Positions 9,555 to 20,509 are shown, counted from the first letter of the stretch. The stretch is DNA of 64,000 nucleotides from Nitrospinales bacterium (GCA_965223345.1 CBDCWG010000007.1:128001-192000); one strand, 5' to 3'. Translations and numbers: made by a program. Notes: generated by a model from the sequence alone, not told the origin.

Positions 9555-11177
9555 ATGGCCGAATCCGCTATTTCGGGACTCAATTCAGGACTCGATACCG
9601 CGTCGTTGATCAGCAGCCTGATCGCGTTGCAGCGCCGGCCGATCGACCTGGTGGAAGCGAAAAAGGAGATCGAGAACCAGAAACTGGCCTCGTTCCAGGA
9701 GTTGCAGTCCCGCCTGCAGACCTTCAAAAGCGTGGTCACCACGCTCAACACGGAAGCCCGGTTTCTGTCCACCCGCGGGGATTTTTCCAACAACAGCGCC
9801 ACGGACACCAACCAGGTGGTCACGCTCGACACGACGAGCCAGGCGGCCTCGGGAACGTTTTCGCTGACGGTCAATCAGCTGGCGCGGGAAAGCAAGCTGA
9901 TCTCGGAAGGTTTCGCCGAGACCACCTCCACGGTTCCGCAGGGCATCCTCGAAATCACGGTGGGTTCCACGACCACCGAGATCACCATCGACTCGACCAA
10001 CAACACGCTCGACGGCCTGCGCCTTGCGATCAACAATTCGGGTGCGGACGTCTCCGCTTCCTTTCTGAACGACGGCAGCGCCACCAACCCGGTCAAGCTG
10101 CTAGTTTCGGGAACCAAGACGGGTGCGGACAACAGCGTTTCGGTTTCGCTCAAGCAGGGATTCATCGGCGGCGGCACACAGGAGGTGCTGGCGTTCACGG
10201 AAACCCAGTCGGCGCAGAACGCCAGCCTGGTTATCGACGGCGTTTCGATCACCAAGTCCAGCAACACGGTGACCGATGTGCTGAACGGCGCGGTGCTCAA
10301 TCTCAAATCCGCAGGCTCCGGAATCATCACGCTGTCTTCCGATCAGGAAGCCATCAAGGAAAAAATAAATAATTTCGTCAACGGCTACAACGACATCACA
10401 CTTTTTCTCAACGAACAGCAGTTTTTGAATCCGGACACCTTTACCACGGGCGTCTTATTTGGTAACTTTACGGTGCAGAATCTTCAGCAGTCGCTTCGCA
10501 ATACCGTGAGTGGCCAGGTAGCCGGAGTCGAAGGCACCTTCTCCTTTCTTTCCCAGGTCGGCATCCGGACGCAGACAGACGGAACGCTTTCCGTTGACGA
10601 TGCCGTTCTGACCGACGCCCTGACCACCGATATTTCCAATGTCAGTCAGCTTTTCTCCAGTAAGGGAACCACGACCAACAACGACGTCACCTTCGTCGGC
10701 TTCACCAAGAACACGGTTCCCGGCACGTATGATTTGAGAGTTTCAGGCGGCGTCCCGCAACTGAGCCCCACAGGGCAGAACAACTACACGGACGCCGTTG
10801 GATCGGGCAATTTTTACGCAGGCGCGGAAGGCACCGACGCCGAAGGCCTCAATTTCCGGCTCGGCAATCTGAATGACGGCGATTACGGAACGATCACGCT
10901 TTCCATCGGCGTGGCGGAGACCATCAACCGGGTGCTCGACAACCTGGTGGACACGTCGCTCAACGGTCCGTTGTCCGCGGAAATCGACACCATCACCGAA
11001 ACCATCAAGGATTTCGACAACACCATCCTTGATCTGGAAGACCGTCTGGTCGTGTTCGAAGAAGATCTCCGGTTGCGTTTCACCAACCTGGAAATCCTCA
11101 TCGGAGAGTTGAACACCCAAAGAGATGCGTTCACGCAGGCTCTTTCGGGCGTTCAGAATCTGTTTAAAAATTCCTAA
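9555..11177 (+). CDS. fliD: Flagellar filament cap protein
   Basis: ISGLNSGLDTASLISSL N-terminus, AQNASLVIDG..SSNTVTDV, C-terminal LRLRFTNLE. Confidence 0.93.
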   Translation: MAESAISGLNSGLDTASLISSLIALQRRPIDLVEAKKEIENQKLASFQELQSRLQTFKSVVTTLNTEARFLSTRGDFSNNSATDTNQVVTLDTTSQAASGTFSLTVNQLARESKLISEGFAETTSTVPQGILEITVGSTTTEITIDSTNNTLDGLRLAINNSGADVSASFLNDGSATNPVKLLVSGTKTGADNSVSVSLKQGFIGGGTQEVLAFTETQSAQNASLVIDGVSITKSSNTVTDVLNGAVLNLKSAGSGIITLSSDQEAIKEKINNFVNGYNDITLFLNEQQFLNPDTFTTGVLFGNFTVQNLQQSLRNTVSGQVAGVEGTFSFLSQVGIRTQTDGTLSVDDAVLTDALTTDISNVSQLFSSKGTTTNNDVTFVGFTKNTVPGTYDLRVSGGVPQLSPTGQNNYTDAVGSGNFYAGAEGTDAEGLNFRLGNLNDGDYGTITLSIGVAETINRVLDNLVDTSLNGPLSAEIDTITETIKDFDNTILDLEDRLVVFEEDLRLRFTNLEILIGELNTQRDAFTQALSGVQNLFKNS

Positions 11178-11208
11178 TCCTCTGACGCCTTAAGGAGATA
11201 TTCGTTTC

Positions 11209-11643
11209 ATGGTCCCCTCCAAGCACTACCAGACCTACAAGCAGAACCAGGTTTCCACTTCCAGCCAGGGCAAACTGATCATCATGATGTACGAGGGCGC
11301 CAAAAAGTTCACGCACATGGCTATCGAGGCGGTGGACCGGGGCGACATCGCCGCCAAGAGCCTTTACATCCAGAAAACCCACGACATCATCAACGAGTTG
11401 TCGGTGTCCCTGAACATCGAAAAAGGCGGGGATGTGGCGGTGCGGCTGGAAAGCCTGTACCAGTTCATCCTCAATCAATTGACGCTGGCGAACATCAAAT
11501 CCGACCGCAAAGCGCTGGAATCGATCCTCAAAGTGCTCAGCCCGCTTCTGGAAGGCTGGATGCAGCTGTACAACGAAACGAACGGTTCCAACGGCGCGGC
11601 GGTGCGGCCCCCGATGCAGAAAAGTATCACGTCTAAAATCTGA
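11209..11643 (+). CDS. fliS: Flagellin export chaperone
   Basis: YKQNQVSTSSQGKLIIMMYEGA, GGDVAVRLESLY; RBS TAAGGAG. Confidence 0.94.
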   Translation: MVPSKHYQTYKQNQVSTSSQGKLIIMMYEGAKKFTHMAIEAVDRGDIAAKSLYIQKTHDIINELSVSLNIEKGGDVAVRLESLYQFILNQLTLANIKSDRKALESILKVLSPLLEGWMQLYNETNGSNGAAVRPPMQKSITSKI

Positions 11644-11853
11644 CCGTTACCCCCTTCCCACATCCATTCCGGCACACGGTTTCCAGCCGGCACCCTTCTA
11701 TCACCGATAACAGCGCGACACGATCGCCGAACCGGCAATCCCGTTGAAACCACGGGGATTTTTTGCCAATTTGCTTTGACAAGGTATGGGAGTTGTGATA
11801 AAAACTGGGCTCTTTTATCCCGCAAACCCCATTTCCCTTTTAAAGCAAGTGCG

Positions 11854-13014
11854 ATGAAAATTCACGAATACCAGGCGAAGGAGATCCTGGCGAAATACAA
11901 CGTTCCCGTACCGGTCGGAATTCTGGTGGAGGACCCCGCGCAGGCTCCCGATGCGGCACGCAAGCTGGGAACGCCGGTGACGGTGGTCAAGGCGCAGATC
12001 CACGCCGGCGGCCGCGGCAAGGGCGGCGGTGTGAAACTCGCCAAAAGCCCCGAGGAAGCACAGACTCACGCGGACGACATCATCGGCATGACCCTGGTGA
12101 CGCCGCAGACCGGGCCGGAAGGCCGCCTGGTCAAGAAAGTCCTGATCGAAGAGGGAATGGACATCGCCAAGGAGCTGTATCTCGGCATTCTCATTGACCG
12201 GGAGACCAGCCGGGTGCTGATCATGGCCAGCGAAGCCGGCGGCATGGAAATCGAGGAAGTGGCCGCGGAGACTCCGGAGAAGATCATCAAGGAAATCGTC
12301 GATCCGGTGGTGGGCGTCAAACCCTACCTCGCCCGCAAGATCGCTTTCGCGCTGAACCTGGAAGGCGATGCGTTCAAAAAGATGATTCCGTTCATCATCA
12401 ACCTGTACCAGGCTTTCGTGAAGGAAGACTGCGACATGCTGGAGATCAACCCGCTGGTCATCACTTCCGACAACCGGGTTCTGGCTCTGGACGCCAAGGT
12501 CAGCATCGACGACAACGCCCTTTACCGGCACAAGGACACGCAGGCATTCCGCGATCTCGATGAAGAGGCGCCGCTTGAGGTGGAAGCGTCCAAGTTTCAC
12601 CTCAACTACATCAAGCTGGACGGCAACATCGGCTGCATGGTCAACGGGGCCGGGCTGGCGATGGCGACGATGGACATCATCAAGCATTCGGGCGGCGAAC
12701 CGGCGAACTTTCTCGATGTGGGCGGCGGCGCCAACGAGGAGATGATCGAAAACGGTTTTCGCATCCTGCTTTCCGATGAAAACGTGAAAGCGATTTTCAT
12801 CAATATTTTCGGCGGCATCCTGCGCTGCGACATCCTGGCGCGCGGCGTGGTGGCGGCGGCAAAAAAACTCAACGTTCAAGTCCCCATCGTTGTCCGGATG
12901 GAAGGCACCAATATGGAGGAAGGACACCAGATCCTGGAAGAGTCCGGCCTTTCCTTCGTCGTGGGCAACGGAATGAAAGACGCAGCACAAAAAGCGGTGA
13001 AATCGATCCAATGA
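11854..13014 (+). CDS. sucC: Succinyl-CoA synthetase beta subunit
   Basis: [42 protein letters not shown]. Confidence 0.97.
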   Translation: MKIHEYQAKEILAKYNVPVPVGILVEDPAQAPDAARKLGTPVTVVKAQIHAGGRGKGGGVKLAKSPEEAQTHADDIIGMTLVTPQTGPEGRLVKKVLIEEGMDIAKELYLGILIDRETSRVLIMASEAGGMEIEEVAAETPEKIIKEIVDPVVGVKPYLARKIAFALNLEGDAFKKMIPFIINLYQAFVKEDCDMLEINPLVITSDNRVLALDAKVSIDDNALYRHKDTQAFRDLDEEAPLEVEASKFHLNYIKLDGNIGCMVNGAGLAMATMDIIKHSGGEPANFLDVGGGANEEMIENGFRILLSDENVKAIFINIFGGILRCDILARGVVAAAKKLNVQVPIVVRMEGTNMEEGHQILEESGLSFVVGNGMKDAAQKAVKSIQ

Positions 13015-13880
13015 GCATTCTAGTCGATGAAAATACGAGATTGATCGTCCAGGGCATCACCGGACGGGAAGGCCAGTTTCACGCCGAGCAGAGCATGCTT
13101 TACGGCACCAAACTGGTGGGCGGCGTCACGCCCGGCAAGGGCGGACAGACGGTTCTGGGAAAAGTCCCCGTCTTCAACACGGTGTCCGACGCCGCCAAGA
13201 AAACCAGGGCCAACGCCACCATGATCTTCGTGCCGCCTCCGTTCGCGGCGGACGCGATCCTGGAAGCGGCGGCGGCGGGGATCGAGCTGATCATCTGCAT
13301 CACCGAAGGCATCCCCACCTACGACATGGTCGAGGTGTACAAATACCTGGAGAGCTCCGATTCCAGGCTGGTCGGCCCCAACTGCCCCGGCGTCATCTCG
13401 CCCGGCAAAGCCAAGATCGGCATCATGCCCGCCCACATTCACAAGAAGGGCAACGTGGGCATCATCTCCCGCAGCGGCACCCTGACCTACGAAACGGTGG
13501 GGCAGCTGACCGCGATGGGCATCGGCCAGTCCACCTGTGTGGGCATCGGCGGCGACCCCATCATCGGCAGCCGGTTCACGGACATCCTGGAGCTGTTCAA
13601 CAAGGACCGCGGCACCAAGGCCATCTGCATGATCGGGGAGATCGGCGGCAGCGCCGAGGACGAAGCGGCGCGCTACATCAAAAAGAACGTCAAAAAACCG
13701 GTGGTCGGCTTCATCGCGGGACAGACCGCCCCTCCGGGCCGCAGGATGGGCCATGCCGGCGCCATCATCTCCGGCGGTCAGGGCACGGCGGAAGAAAAGA
13801 TGAAGGTGATGAAACGCTGCGGCATCAAAGTGTGCAAGAGCCCGGCGGACCTCGGAAAAACCATCTCCAAGGTGCTTTAA
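13011..13880 (+). CDS. sucD: Succinyl-CoA synthetase alpha subunit
   Basis: [27 protein letters not shown] (phospho-His). Confidence 0.97.
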   Translation: MSILVDENTRLIVQGITGREGQFHAEQSMLYGTKLVGGVTPGKGGQTVLGKVPVFNTVSDAAKKTRANATMIFVPPPFAADAILEAAAAGIELIICITEGIPTYDMVEVYKYLESSDSRLVGPNCPGVISPGKAKIGIMPAHIHKKGNVGIISRSGTLTYETVGQLTAMGIGQSTCVGIGGDPIIGSRFTDILELFNKDRGTKAICMIGEIGGSAEDEAARYIKKNVKKPVVGFIAGQTAPPGRRMGHAGAIISGGQGTAEEKMKVMKRCGIKVCKSPADLGKTISKVL

Positions 13881-14019
13881 CAGATTCGGGGGGAGCCCGC
13901 TCCCCTCTTCCCTTCAGTCCCCCTCGCCAGCACGCTTTCCCGGCGCGGCCCCACGCGCGCAACGCTTCCAAAATGCGAAATTTTTTGCACCGGCCCGCGA
14001 TCGCACTCATCTTAATGGC

Positions 14020-14217
14020 ATGAACGCTCAAATCTGCAGCAAATGCGGCACGGAGAACGTCACGAAATCGGCCTGGTGTGAAAAGTGCCTGACGCCGTTT
14101 CAGGAATACGGGGAAGATCAGACGATCCACTGCCCGGAATGCAAACACGTCAACGCTTACACACTGGAATACTGCGAAGTGTGCCACGAGCCCCTCAAAC
14201 CGGGCCAGTGGGAATGA
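14020..14217 (+). CDS. Small double zinc-ribbon protein
   Basis: Four CxxC pairs in 65 aa. Confidence 0.8.
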   Translation: MNAQICSKCGTENVTKSAWCEKCLTPFQEYGEDQTIHCPECKHVNAYTLEYCEVCHEPLKPGQWE

Positions 14218-14236
14218 GCACCGGCGCGCCTGCGTC

Positions 14237-14677
14237 TCACTCCTTTTCGTCCGCTTCCTCGAAGGACAGGTAAGACAGACGGCTCTGGTAATCGAGAAGA
14301 TCGAACTGCTTGCCCTGGCGGAACGTGGAAAAATACAGATCCGCGTAGACGCCGATGATGGCGTGCAGGGCTTCGTGTTCCCCCATCCCCTGCTTCTTGA
14401 GCCGGTCCAGCGTTTCCTGAACGAACGGCGGGTCGCCGTTCAAAAGCTGCTTGTCAACGGTCACATGTAAAACTGTGTGCACAAATGGACTCACGACCTG
14501 GCCGTCGATCTCCTGCGGATAGGTGGCGAGTTCCCCCTGTTTCCAGATTTCATCGAACTCCGGATGCAGGTCCATGACGTGCGCGATGCGCTCGTCCACC
14601 TCATCGATCTCCCTGCCTTCCTGACGCCCGGCCGCAACGTGCAGGATGCGGACCTGGGTTTCCTTGTCAAAATTCAT
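14237..14677 (-). CDS. DUF1841-family protein
   Basis: HPEF, PFVHTVLHVTVDKQL..DP, EHEALH. Confidence 0.8.
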   Translation of the reverse strand: MNFDKETQVRILHVAAGRQEGREIDEVDERIAHVMDLHPEFDEIWKQGELATYPQEIDGQVVSPFVHTVLHVTVDKQLLNGDPPFVQETLDRLKKQGMGEHEALHAIIGVYADLYFSTFRQGKQFDLLDYQSRLSYLSFEEADEKE

Positions 14678-14765
14678 TTCAAATCACCTCACAGGATGCG
14701 CTTTCCCTGTTTTTCTGTAAAAGGCTGTGGAGCTGCCTGGTTTTTGGGTTAGAGCGAAAAAGCCG

Positions 14766-15050
14766 TCAGGGGGTTTCGGAAAAATGCGTCCTTCTTTCTT
14801 TTCCGCCGCCGCCGTACACCATAAACACCCGTTTTCCCTGCCGCATGTGATATTTGGCCCAGGCCGGTGATTTTTCCTGATAGCTGGCGTTGGGGTCCTC
14901 GCCTTCCGCCTTCAGATAATCCGGGTAGTCCAGGCCGGCATCGTAGGCATCCATCAACAGGCAGTCGGTGGTGAAGCCTTCACCGGTCAGCTTGATCTGG
15001 CTCAAAAAGGTCTCGATTTCAGCGGGATCGTTCAGTTCAATGGGCTGCAT
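14766..15050 (-). CDS. Hypothetical protein (94 aa)
   Basis: RBS-like AGGA upstream, host-like codon usage, fits the gap. Confidence 0.7.
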   Translation of the reverse strand: MQPIELNDPAEIETFLSQIKLTGEGFTTDCLLMDAYDAGLDYPDYLKAEGEDPNASYQEKSPAWAKYHMRQGKRVFMVYGGGGKERRTHFSETP

Positions 15051-15322
15051 GGGTCCTGTCCTAAAAAGGGTGTTCTTGATTGGGAAATAAGCTCAAACCC
15101 GGCGGGTGGAATCGCTGCCCCGCGGGCCCATCCGCCTTCTTCCAGGGCGGCGATTTCAACGGGGGGATGGATTCCAACCGACGAGGGCCGTATTGTAGAA
15201 CAAACGGTAAAACAGGGAAAAACAAAAAACTCACATTTCTTCAAAACTATTTTTCCCCACAGTCATCGAAAACCTGTAAATTACCGCGAAAAGTGATTAA
15301 AATATATCTTTGGGGAAAAGCC

Positions 15323-15652
15323 ATGGTGATCCAGGACAACCTGTTGTTAAGCCGAACCGAACCGAATGGGATGGGCGGCACCCAGTTTCTCTATAAAGTG
15401 AAGGAATACGGCGTCGTCGCCGTCACCCGTCCCGAAGAAAACATCGCCAACATTCACTGGCTGGTGGACATTATCCGCTATTCGAACACCAGTCCCATCG
15501 AATATTCCGTATGCCACACGACGGAACTGGCGGACAAAACACTCAAATTCTACAACGACAAGTCCCTGAATGAATTCCTCGAAAAGGCCTTCGCCTATTT
15601 CAACGAACTGGACCTGCTCGAGAAAATGCTGCCTGAGGAAAAGGATGGCTGA
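15323..15652 (+). CDS. Hypothetical protein (109 aa)
   Basis: ATG at 15323 after GGGGA; globular-looking sequence. Confidence 0.7.
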   Translation: MVIQDNLLLSRTEPNGMGGTQFLYKVKEYGVVAVTRPEENIANIHWLVDIIRYSNTSPIEYSVCHTTELADKTLKFYNDKSLNEFLEKAFAYFNELDLLEKMLPEEKDG

Positions 15653-15679
15653 AAAGACTCATATTTAGTGGGTTATCAC

Positions 15680-15708
15680 TTGACAGAACTCACCCCGGTT
15701 ATTAATAT
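15680..15708 (+). promoter_or_regulatory. Sigma70 promoter of the for operon
   Basis: TTGACA-N17-TAATAT. Confidence 0.6.
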
Positions 15709-15936
15709 GAGGCTCATTTTTGACACGGTAGGAAAGTTATTTTGGGTGAATTTCGGGCGATTTTTCAGACCCTGCAACGGCCCTCACGCGCAGGACTGAG
15801 CGGGGCAGAGTGTGTGCCCCCCTTTGATTGCCCCAACTAAAATCTGAACCAAACAAGCTCAATTTTTCGGAATAGTCGGTAGCCGGTTTCTCTCATAGTC
15901 TACTGTATACAAACGCATTGATCGAGGAGACAGCAT

Positions 15937-17148
15937 ATGTCGAACGTAAATCCCCAGGCTGAAGGCAAACCGCAAGATTGGGTCCCAGCGGGTGATTTGC
16001 AGAAGGTCGTTTCTGCAGAAGAGATGTTCCATAAACTTCCACGGGAGACCCATTTCATCACCGGCAGTGAAGCGGCCCGGGAATCCATACGTCGAGCCAA
16101 CATTGATTGCGCGTTCTCTTACCCCATCACGCCGCAGAGCGAAACGATGCAGCAGGCGGGCTACCTCTATGACGAGGGTTACATCAAGGATTATTATCGC
16201 GGCGAGGAGGAAATCGGCGTGATGTCCTCCATGTCCGGTGCGTCGCGCGCCGGAGTACGCTGCCTCACGGCCACCTCGGGTCCCGGCCTGATGCGCGGCA
16301 TGGAAGCGATCGCTTCCTGGCCCGGAGCCCGGACGCCCATCGTTCTCTTGAATATGTGCCGGGTGATCAACACGCCGCTGGCGATTCAGCCCGACAACAT
16401 CGAGATGTCCTTCATGCTGAACACGGGCATCATTCTGATGCACGCTGAAAACCAGCAGGACTTTTACGATTATCCCCTCGCGGCCTGTGTCGTCTCTGAA
16501 GAAGTCGATGTGACGCTGCCCGCCGTGGTTTCCGTGGATGGTTTTTTTGTGACGCATGCCCGCGGTCAGGTTTCCATGACTTCGGAAGAATACAAACTGC
16601 CACCGAGAGACGGCTGGCGATCCGCCGTGCCGGCGATGGACAACGAAAACCCGCCCGCGCGTCTCTCCCGCGACGCCCCGATTCAGAAAAGTAATTTCAT
16701 CAGTTATCACATGCACTCCAGCTGGCAGCAGGAAGTGTTCGCCGCCAACGAACGCGCCGCGAAATATTTTGATTTCCTGCTGGGCGGTCTGGTTGAAGTG
16801 ATCAATCCGGGTGCGGAGGATTTCATCGTCGCTTCCGGATCAGCGGTATCGCAGGCGCGCGAAGCGGTGCGCCAGGAAGGCGAACAGGGCCGCAAGGTGG
16901 GACTGGTCAAAATCAAAACCATTCGGCCGTTTCCGGCCCGTCAGCTCATCGAGGCGGTGAAAGACGCCAAACGCATCCTGGTCCCCGAGTTCAACCAGGC
17001 GGGCTGGATGCACAAGGAAGTCTGTGCGGTGCTGTACGGCAACTGTAAAGCCGAAATCTCCCCGGGTCCCCGGGTGTTCGGCGGCATGACCATGCCGACG
17101 GAAATGATTCTGGAATGGCTGGCGGATGCGAGAAAGCAGACGCCCTAG
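15937..17148 (+). CDS. forA: 2-oxoacid:ferredoxin oxidoreductase alpha subunit (probably 2-oxoglutarate, For-type)
   Basis: YPITPQSE, TATSGPGL; RBS GAGGAG; near sucCD. Confidence 0.85.
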   Translation: MSNVNPQAEGKPQDWVPAGDLQKVVSAEEMFHKLPRETHFITGSEAARESIRRANIDCAFSYPITPQSETMQQAGYLYDEGYIKDYYRGEEEIGVMSSMSGASRAGVRCLTATSGPGLMRGMEAIASWPGARTPIVLLNMCRVINTPLAIQPDNIEMSFMLNTGIILMHAENQQDFYDYPLAACVVSEEVDVTLPAVVSVDGFFVTHARGQVSMTSEEYKLPPRDGWRSAVPAMDNENPPARLSRDAPIQKSNFISYHMHSSWQQEVFAANERAAKYFDFLLGGLVEVINPGAEDFIVASGSAVSQAREAVRQEGEQGRKVGLVKIKTIRPFPARQLIEAVKDAKRILVPEFNQAGWMHKEVCAVLYGNCKAEISPGPRVFGGMTMPTEMILEWLADARKQTP

Positions 17149-17284
17149 ACTGTTGCAGGTTCCGGCTGAGCCGGTATGATTTCTGGTCTCAATCGAAAAA
17201 CGCTTTGTTTTTCGGTTACAATATAAAAGACGATAACGTCCCAATTACTTATAAAATCTATTTTTTAATATAAAGGATCACGAT

Positions 17285-18157
17285 ATGTCTTTAGAAACCC
17301 TCTATCCCGCTCCGGCTTTCAAGGATAATCTTCCGATCGAGTACAAAGATCTCGTGGATCACGGCCCTTACGGCAAGCAGAAAAAAGTCACCGACATGGG
17401 TAAGTTCAAAGAAGTGCTGGAAGAGCATCCCATGTGTGCGGGTTGCGCCATGACTCTGTTCATCCGGCTGGCTTACATCGGCATGCCCAATCCGGAGCAC
17501 ACGATTGTGGTGGGAACCGCCGGCTGCGGCCGTCTGGCTCTGTCTCAGGCATCGGTGCCTTTTGTCTACGGCAACTACGGCGACACCAACGCGGTGGCCT
17601 CCGGTTTGAAACGCGGTCTGGAAATTCGCTTCCCGAATCAGAAAAAAGACGTTGTGGTGATGGCCGGCGACGGCGGTCTGGTGGACATCGGTTTCCAGGG
17701 GCTCATGCACAGCTGGTTCCGCCATGAGAAGTTCACCACCATCATGCTGGACAACGAGGTGTACGGAAACACCGGCGGACAGGAAAGCGGCATGACCAAT
17801 CACGGGAAAGTTCTGAAGATGGCCCCCCGCGGCAAGATCGGCGAGAAAATGGACGTGATCGGGCTGGCGAAAGTCGCCAAACTGGATTACATCGCCCGGC
17901 TGGCGCCCACCAATCCCGCCCGTGTCGCACGGACGGTGCGCCGCGCCATTCTGGTGGCCCGCGAATTCGGAGCGACCTATGTTCAGGCTTACACCTCCTG
18001 CAACATCGAGTACTCGATCCCGACTCCGGAAGTAATGAAGGACGCTTTTGAGATCGAAAAAGAGCGGTATGGTTTTGAAGAAATCATCTCCGATCGCGCC
18101 AAGGAGTACCTGAAAGAGATCGAAGCCAAAGACAAGAAGAAAAAAGCCAAGAAATAA
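17285..18157 (+). CDS. forB: 2-oxoacid:ferredoxin oxidoreductase beta subunit (TPP-binding)
   Basis: HPMCAGC, GTAGC, GDGG..DNEVYGNTGGQ. Confidence 0.85.
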   Translation: MSLETLYPAPAFKDNLPIEYKDLVDHGPYGKQKKVTDMGKFKEVLEEHPMCAGCAMTLFIRLAYIGMPNPEHTIVVGTAGCGRLALSQASVPFVYGNYGDTNAVASGLKRGLEIRFPNQKKDVVVMAGDGGLVDIGFQGLMHSWFRHEKFTTIMLDNEVYGNTGGQESGMTNHGKVLKMAPRGKIGEKMDVIGLAKVAKLDYIARLAPTNPARVARTVRRAILVAREFGATYVQAYTSCNIEYSIPTPEVMKDAFEIEKERYGFEEIISDRAKEYLKEIEAKDKKKKAKK

Positions 18158-18169
18158 GGAGGAACACCA

Positions 18170-18904
18170 ATGGCAGAAGTCAAGCGCTACAACGTCCGCA
18201 TGGCGGGAATCGGAGGCCAGGGGGTCGTCACGGCATCCCATATCATCAGTAACGGGGTGGTCATTTCCGGTGGGCACAGTTCTCTCGTTCCTTTTTTCGG
18301 CTCCGAGAAACGGAATGCCCCGGTTGAAAGTTACGTGAGGATTTCCAATCAGGAGATTTACGAGATCGGCGAGATCATCTTCCCCAACGTGATCATGATC
18401 TTCCACCCCTCCGTCATCACCCTGGGCAAATCCTACACGATGCCGTTTTACACGGGTCTCAAAAAGGGCGGCATCATCCTGATCAACAGCCGCACGCCCA
18501 TCCCCTTCTCCCGGGATGAGCAAAAAGAGATGGACGATTTGGAGGCCAAACTTTACTACCTCCCGGCAACTGAAATCGCAAACGAGGTCGCCAAAACCGA
18601 GCTGGCCACCAACATGGCCATGTGCGGTGCGATCGCAGCCGTATTCGGGATGCCGGATCTGAAATCCCTCGCGGCATCGGTCAAGGACCGCTTCATCGGC
18701 AAAGGCATCGTCGTTTCCGGCGGCACGGCAGCACTTGACAGTGCCATCGAGAAAAAGTTCGCCAAAAAGCAGAAGCTTTTGGAAGCGAACATGAAAACCC
18801 TTGAAGCCACCTACAAATACATGATGGAAAAAGGGTGGGCGCACAAAGATGCGAAGTTTGAAGCACTCACGGACGCACAACACGCTGCTGCTGCGGGCGT
18901 TTAA
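18170..18904 (+). CDS. forC: 2-oxoacid:ferredoxin oxidoreductase gamma subunit
   Basis: GIGGQGVVT, FGSEKRNAP; RBS AGGAGG. Confidence 0.85.
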   Translation: MAEVKRYNVRMAGIGGQGVVTASHIISNGVVISGGHSSLVPFFGSEKRNAPVESYVRISNQEIYEIGEIIFPNVIMIFHPSVITLGKSYTMPFYTGLKKGGIILINSRTPIPFSRDEQKEMDDLEAKLYYLPATEIANEVAKTELATNMAMCGAIAAVFGMPDLKSLAASVKDRFIGKGIVVSGGTAALDSAIEKKFAKKQKLLEANMKTLEATYKYMMEKGWAHKDAKFEALTDAQHAAAAGV

Positions 18905-18928
18905 TATTTTTAATTTCCTGGAGAAACC

Positions 18929-19192
18929 ATGTACTACGTTGCTCAAGTAGACAAGGACATCTGTTCGCAGAAGAACTGTTCCCTGTGCACGACCTACTGT
19001 CCTGAAGCCAATTGCATCAACTACAGCGAAGCAGACAAGTCCGCCTACGTTTCCGTGGACCGCTGCAAGGCCTGTGAGATCTGCGTTTATATCTGCGACG
19101 AGATCGCCAAGAACAATGCGATCCAGATGAAATGGATCGACAACCTGGATGAAGGTTTTGTGATCAAGAAGACCGGGGTTGTTCTTCGGTAA
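18929..19192 (+). CDS. forE: Ferredoxin-like epsilon subunit of the oxidoreductase
   Basis: Cx4Cx2Cx3CP and Cx2Cx2Cx3C clusters. Confidence 0.8.
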   Translation: MYYVAQVDKDICSQKNCSLCTTYCPEANCINYSEADKSAYVSVDRCKACEICVYICDEIAKNNAIQMKWIDNLDEGFVIKKTGVVLR

Positions 19193-19208
19193 ACAGTTTG
19201 TCATCAAA

Positions 19209-19251
19209 GGGGGGTATTTGGGCGGATACGCCCAGATACCCCTTTTTTTTT
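19209..19251 (+). terminator. Intrinsic terminator of for operon
   Basis: GGGGTATTTGGGCG-GATA-CGCCCAGATACCCC then T9. Confidence 0.9.
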
Positions 19252-19282
19252 CCGCAACACATTCACCTGAGGAAGGATTTTC

Positions 19283-19699
19283 ATGGAACAAACCCTGGCC
19301 ATCATCAAACCGGATGCCGTCGAGCGCAACCTGATCGGCAAAATCACCGAACGCATCGAATCCAAAGGATTCAGAATCCTCGCCATGAAGCGCTGTCTGC
19401 TGTCCAAATCCGTGGCGGAGGGCTTTTATCACGTTCACAAGGAACGGCCCTTTTTCAACGACCTGACGACGTACATGAGTTCGGGACCTGTGGTATTGAT
19501 GGTGCTGGGAAAAGAAAACGCCATTTCGGGCTGGCGGGAACTGATGGGGGCGACCAACCCCAAGGATGCGGCGGCGGGAACCATCCGCAAGGATTTCGCC
19601 ATCGACATCGAGAAAAACTCCTCGCACGGGTCCGACTCGGCTGAAAACGCGGCGTTCGAAATCCGCTACTTCTTCAGCCAGACCGAAATTCTGCCATGA
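19283..19699 (+). CDS. ndk: Nucleoside diphosphate kinase
   Basis: [23 protein letters not shown]. Confidence 0.97.
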   Translation: MEQTLAIIKPDAVERNLIGKITERIESKGFRILAMKRCLLSKSVAEGFYHVHKERPFFNDLTTYMSSGPVVLMVLGKENAISGWRELMGATNPKDAAAGTIRKDFAIDIEKNSSHGSDSAENAAFEIRYFFSQTEILP

Positions 19700-20226
19700 A
19701 CCGCATGCACCGAAAACCGCGCACGCTCGCACAGGCCCATCCCGCACGGGTCCCGGCCGATCTGTTTGTGTGGGCAGCGTTTCTCCTGCTGCTCTTTTGG
19801 GCCGGCGCGGCCGAACCGGCCAGGCCGGATACTCCCGATTATGAGCTGTTCAAAAACAGCGAAAATTACGGGATCGTGCTCTTTCCCAAAGAAAACATCT
19901 ACCCGGGGCTTGCCGATTCGCTGAAATCTCTGCTGTTCGAATCGGTGGAATCCGGAAAATCGGAGATGCGATTCGGCGTGAAGGAGGAGAACGAAACCTT
20001 CATGATGCCGTTCGCGGTGCAGAAAAAGCACCAGATCGAAAAATTTATTGTGATTCAAATCCTGGGCAAAGATAGAATGCTGGTAGGCGTGTACGATCCG
20101 GAATGGGGCCTCACCCTGCCCTCTTCGGTGTTCACGCTGGAACAGTTGAACCAGAATATCCCCAAGACCCTGAACGTGTTTCGGGGCGGCGCCAAGCGGC
20201 AGCCGATTCTCTGGCAGCCAAAGTGA
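19696..20226 (+). CDS. Hypothetical exported protein
   Basis: ATGA overlap with ndk; hydrophobic signal-like segment. Confidence 0.7.
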   Translation: MNRMHRKPRTLAQAHPARVPADLFVWAAFLLLLFWAGAAEPARPDTPDYELFKNSENYGIVLFPKENIYPGLADSLKSLLFESVESGKSEMRFGVKEENETFMMPFAVQKKHQIEKFIVIQILGKDRMLVGVYDPEWGLTLPSSVFTLEQLNQNIPKTLNVFRGGAKRQPILWQPK

Positions 20227-20317
20227 AACACGCCGCCCAGCGCCCGCTGGTTTTACAGGGCGTCCGGATTGAGGGGCGTGTTTGTTAGAGTTGTGGTTTC
20301 TCGGAGGTGATCGAACC

Positions 20318-20509
20318 ATGCCTGTTTACGAGTATCAATGCGAAAAGTGCAAAAAGGAATTCGAGTATCTGCAGAAGGTCGATGACGAGCCGATCGCAAA
20401 ATGCGAGGAGTGCGGCGGCGCGCTGCACAAGACGTTCGGCAAGATGACGTTTCATCTGTACGGACCGGGTTTTTACACCACGGACAACAAAAAGAAATAC
20501 CTGAAGTGA
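20318..20509 (+). CDS. FmdB-family zinc-ribbon protein
   Basis: MPVYEYQCEKC..CEECGG..GPGFYTTD; RBS GGAGGTG. Confidence 0.9.
   Translation: MPVYEYQCEKCKKEFEYLQKVDDEPIAKCEECGGALHKTFGKMTFHLYGPGFYTTDNKKKYLK

Noticed and set aside
15715..15936. Possible TPP riboswitch in the long forA leader
   Set aside because: CTGAG is present but the CTGAGA/ACCC/ACCTGA..GGATAATGC core is not; only short generic hairpins
17291..19747. 818-aa minus-strand ORF, and similar long antisense ORFs (1301-2803, 24743-26398, 27592-29493, 38937-41099, 57934-60282)
   Set aside because: Shadow frames opposite well-supported genes, expected from GC-biased codon usage; no recognisable motifs
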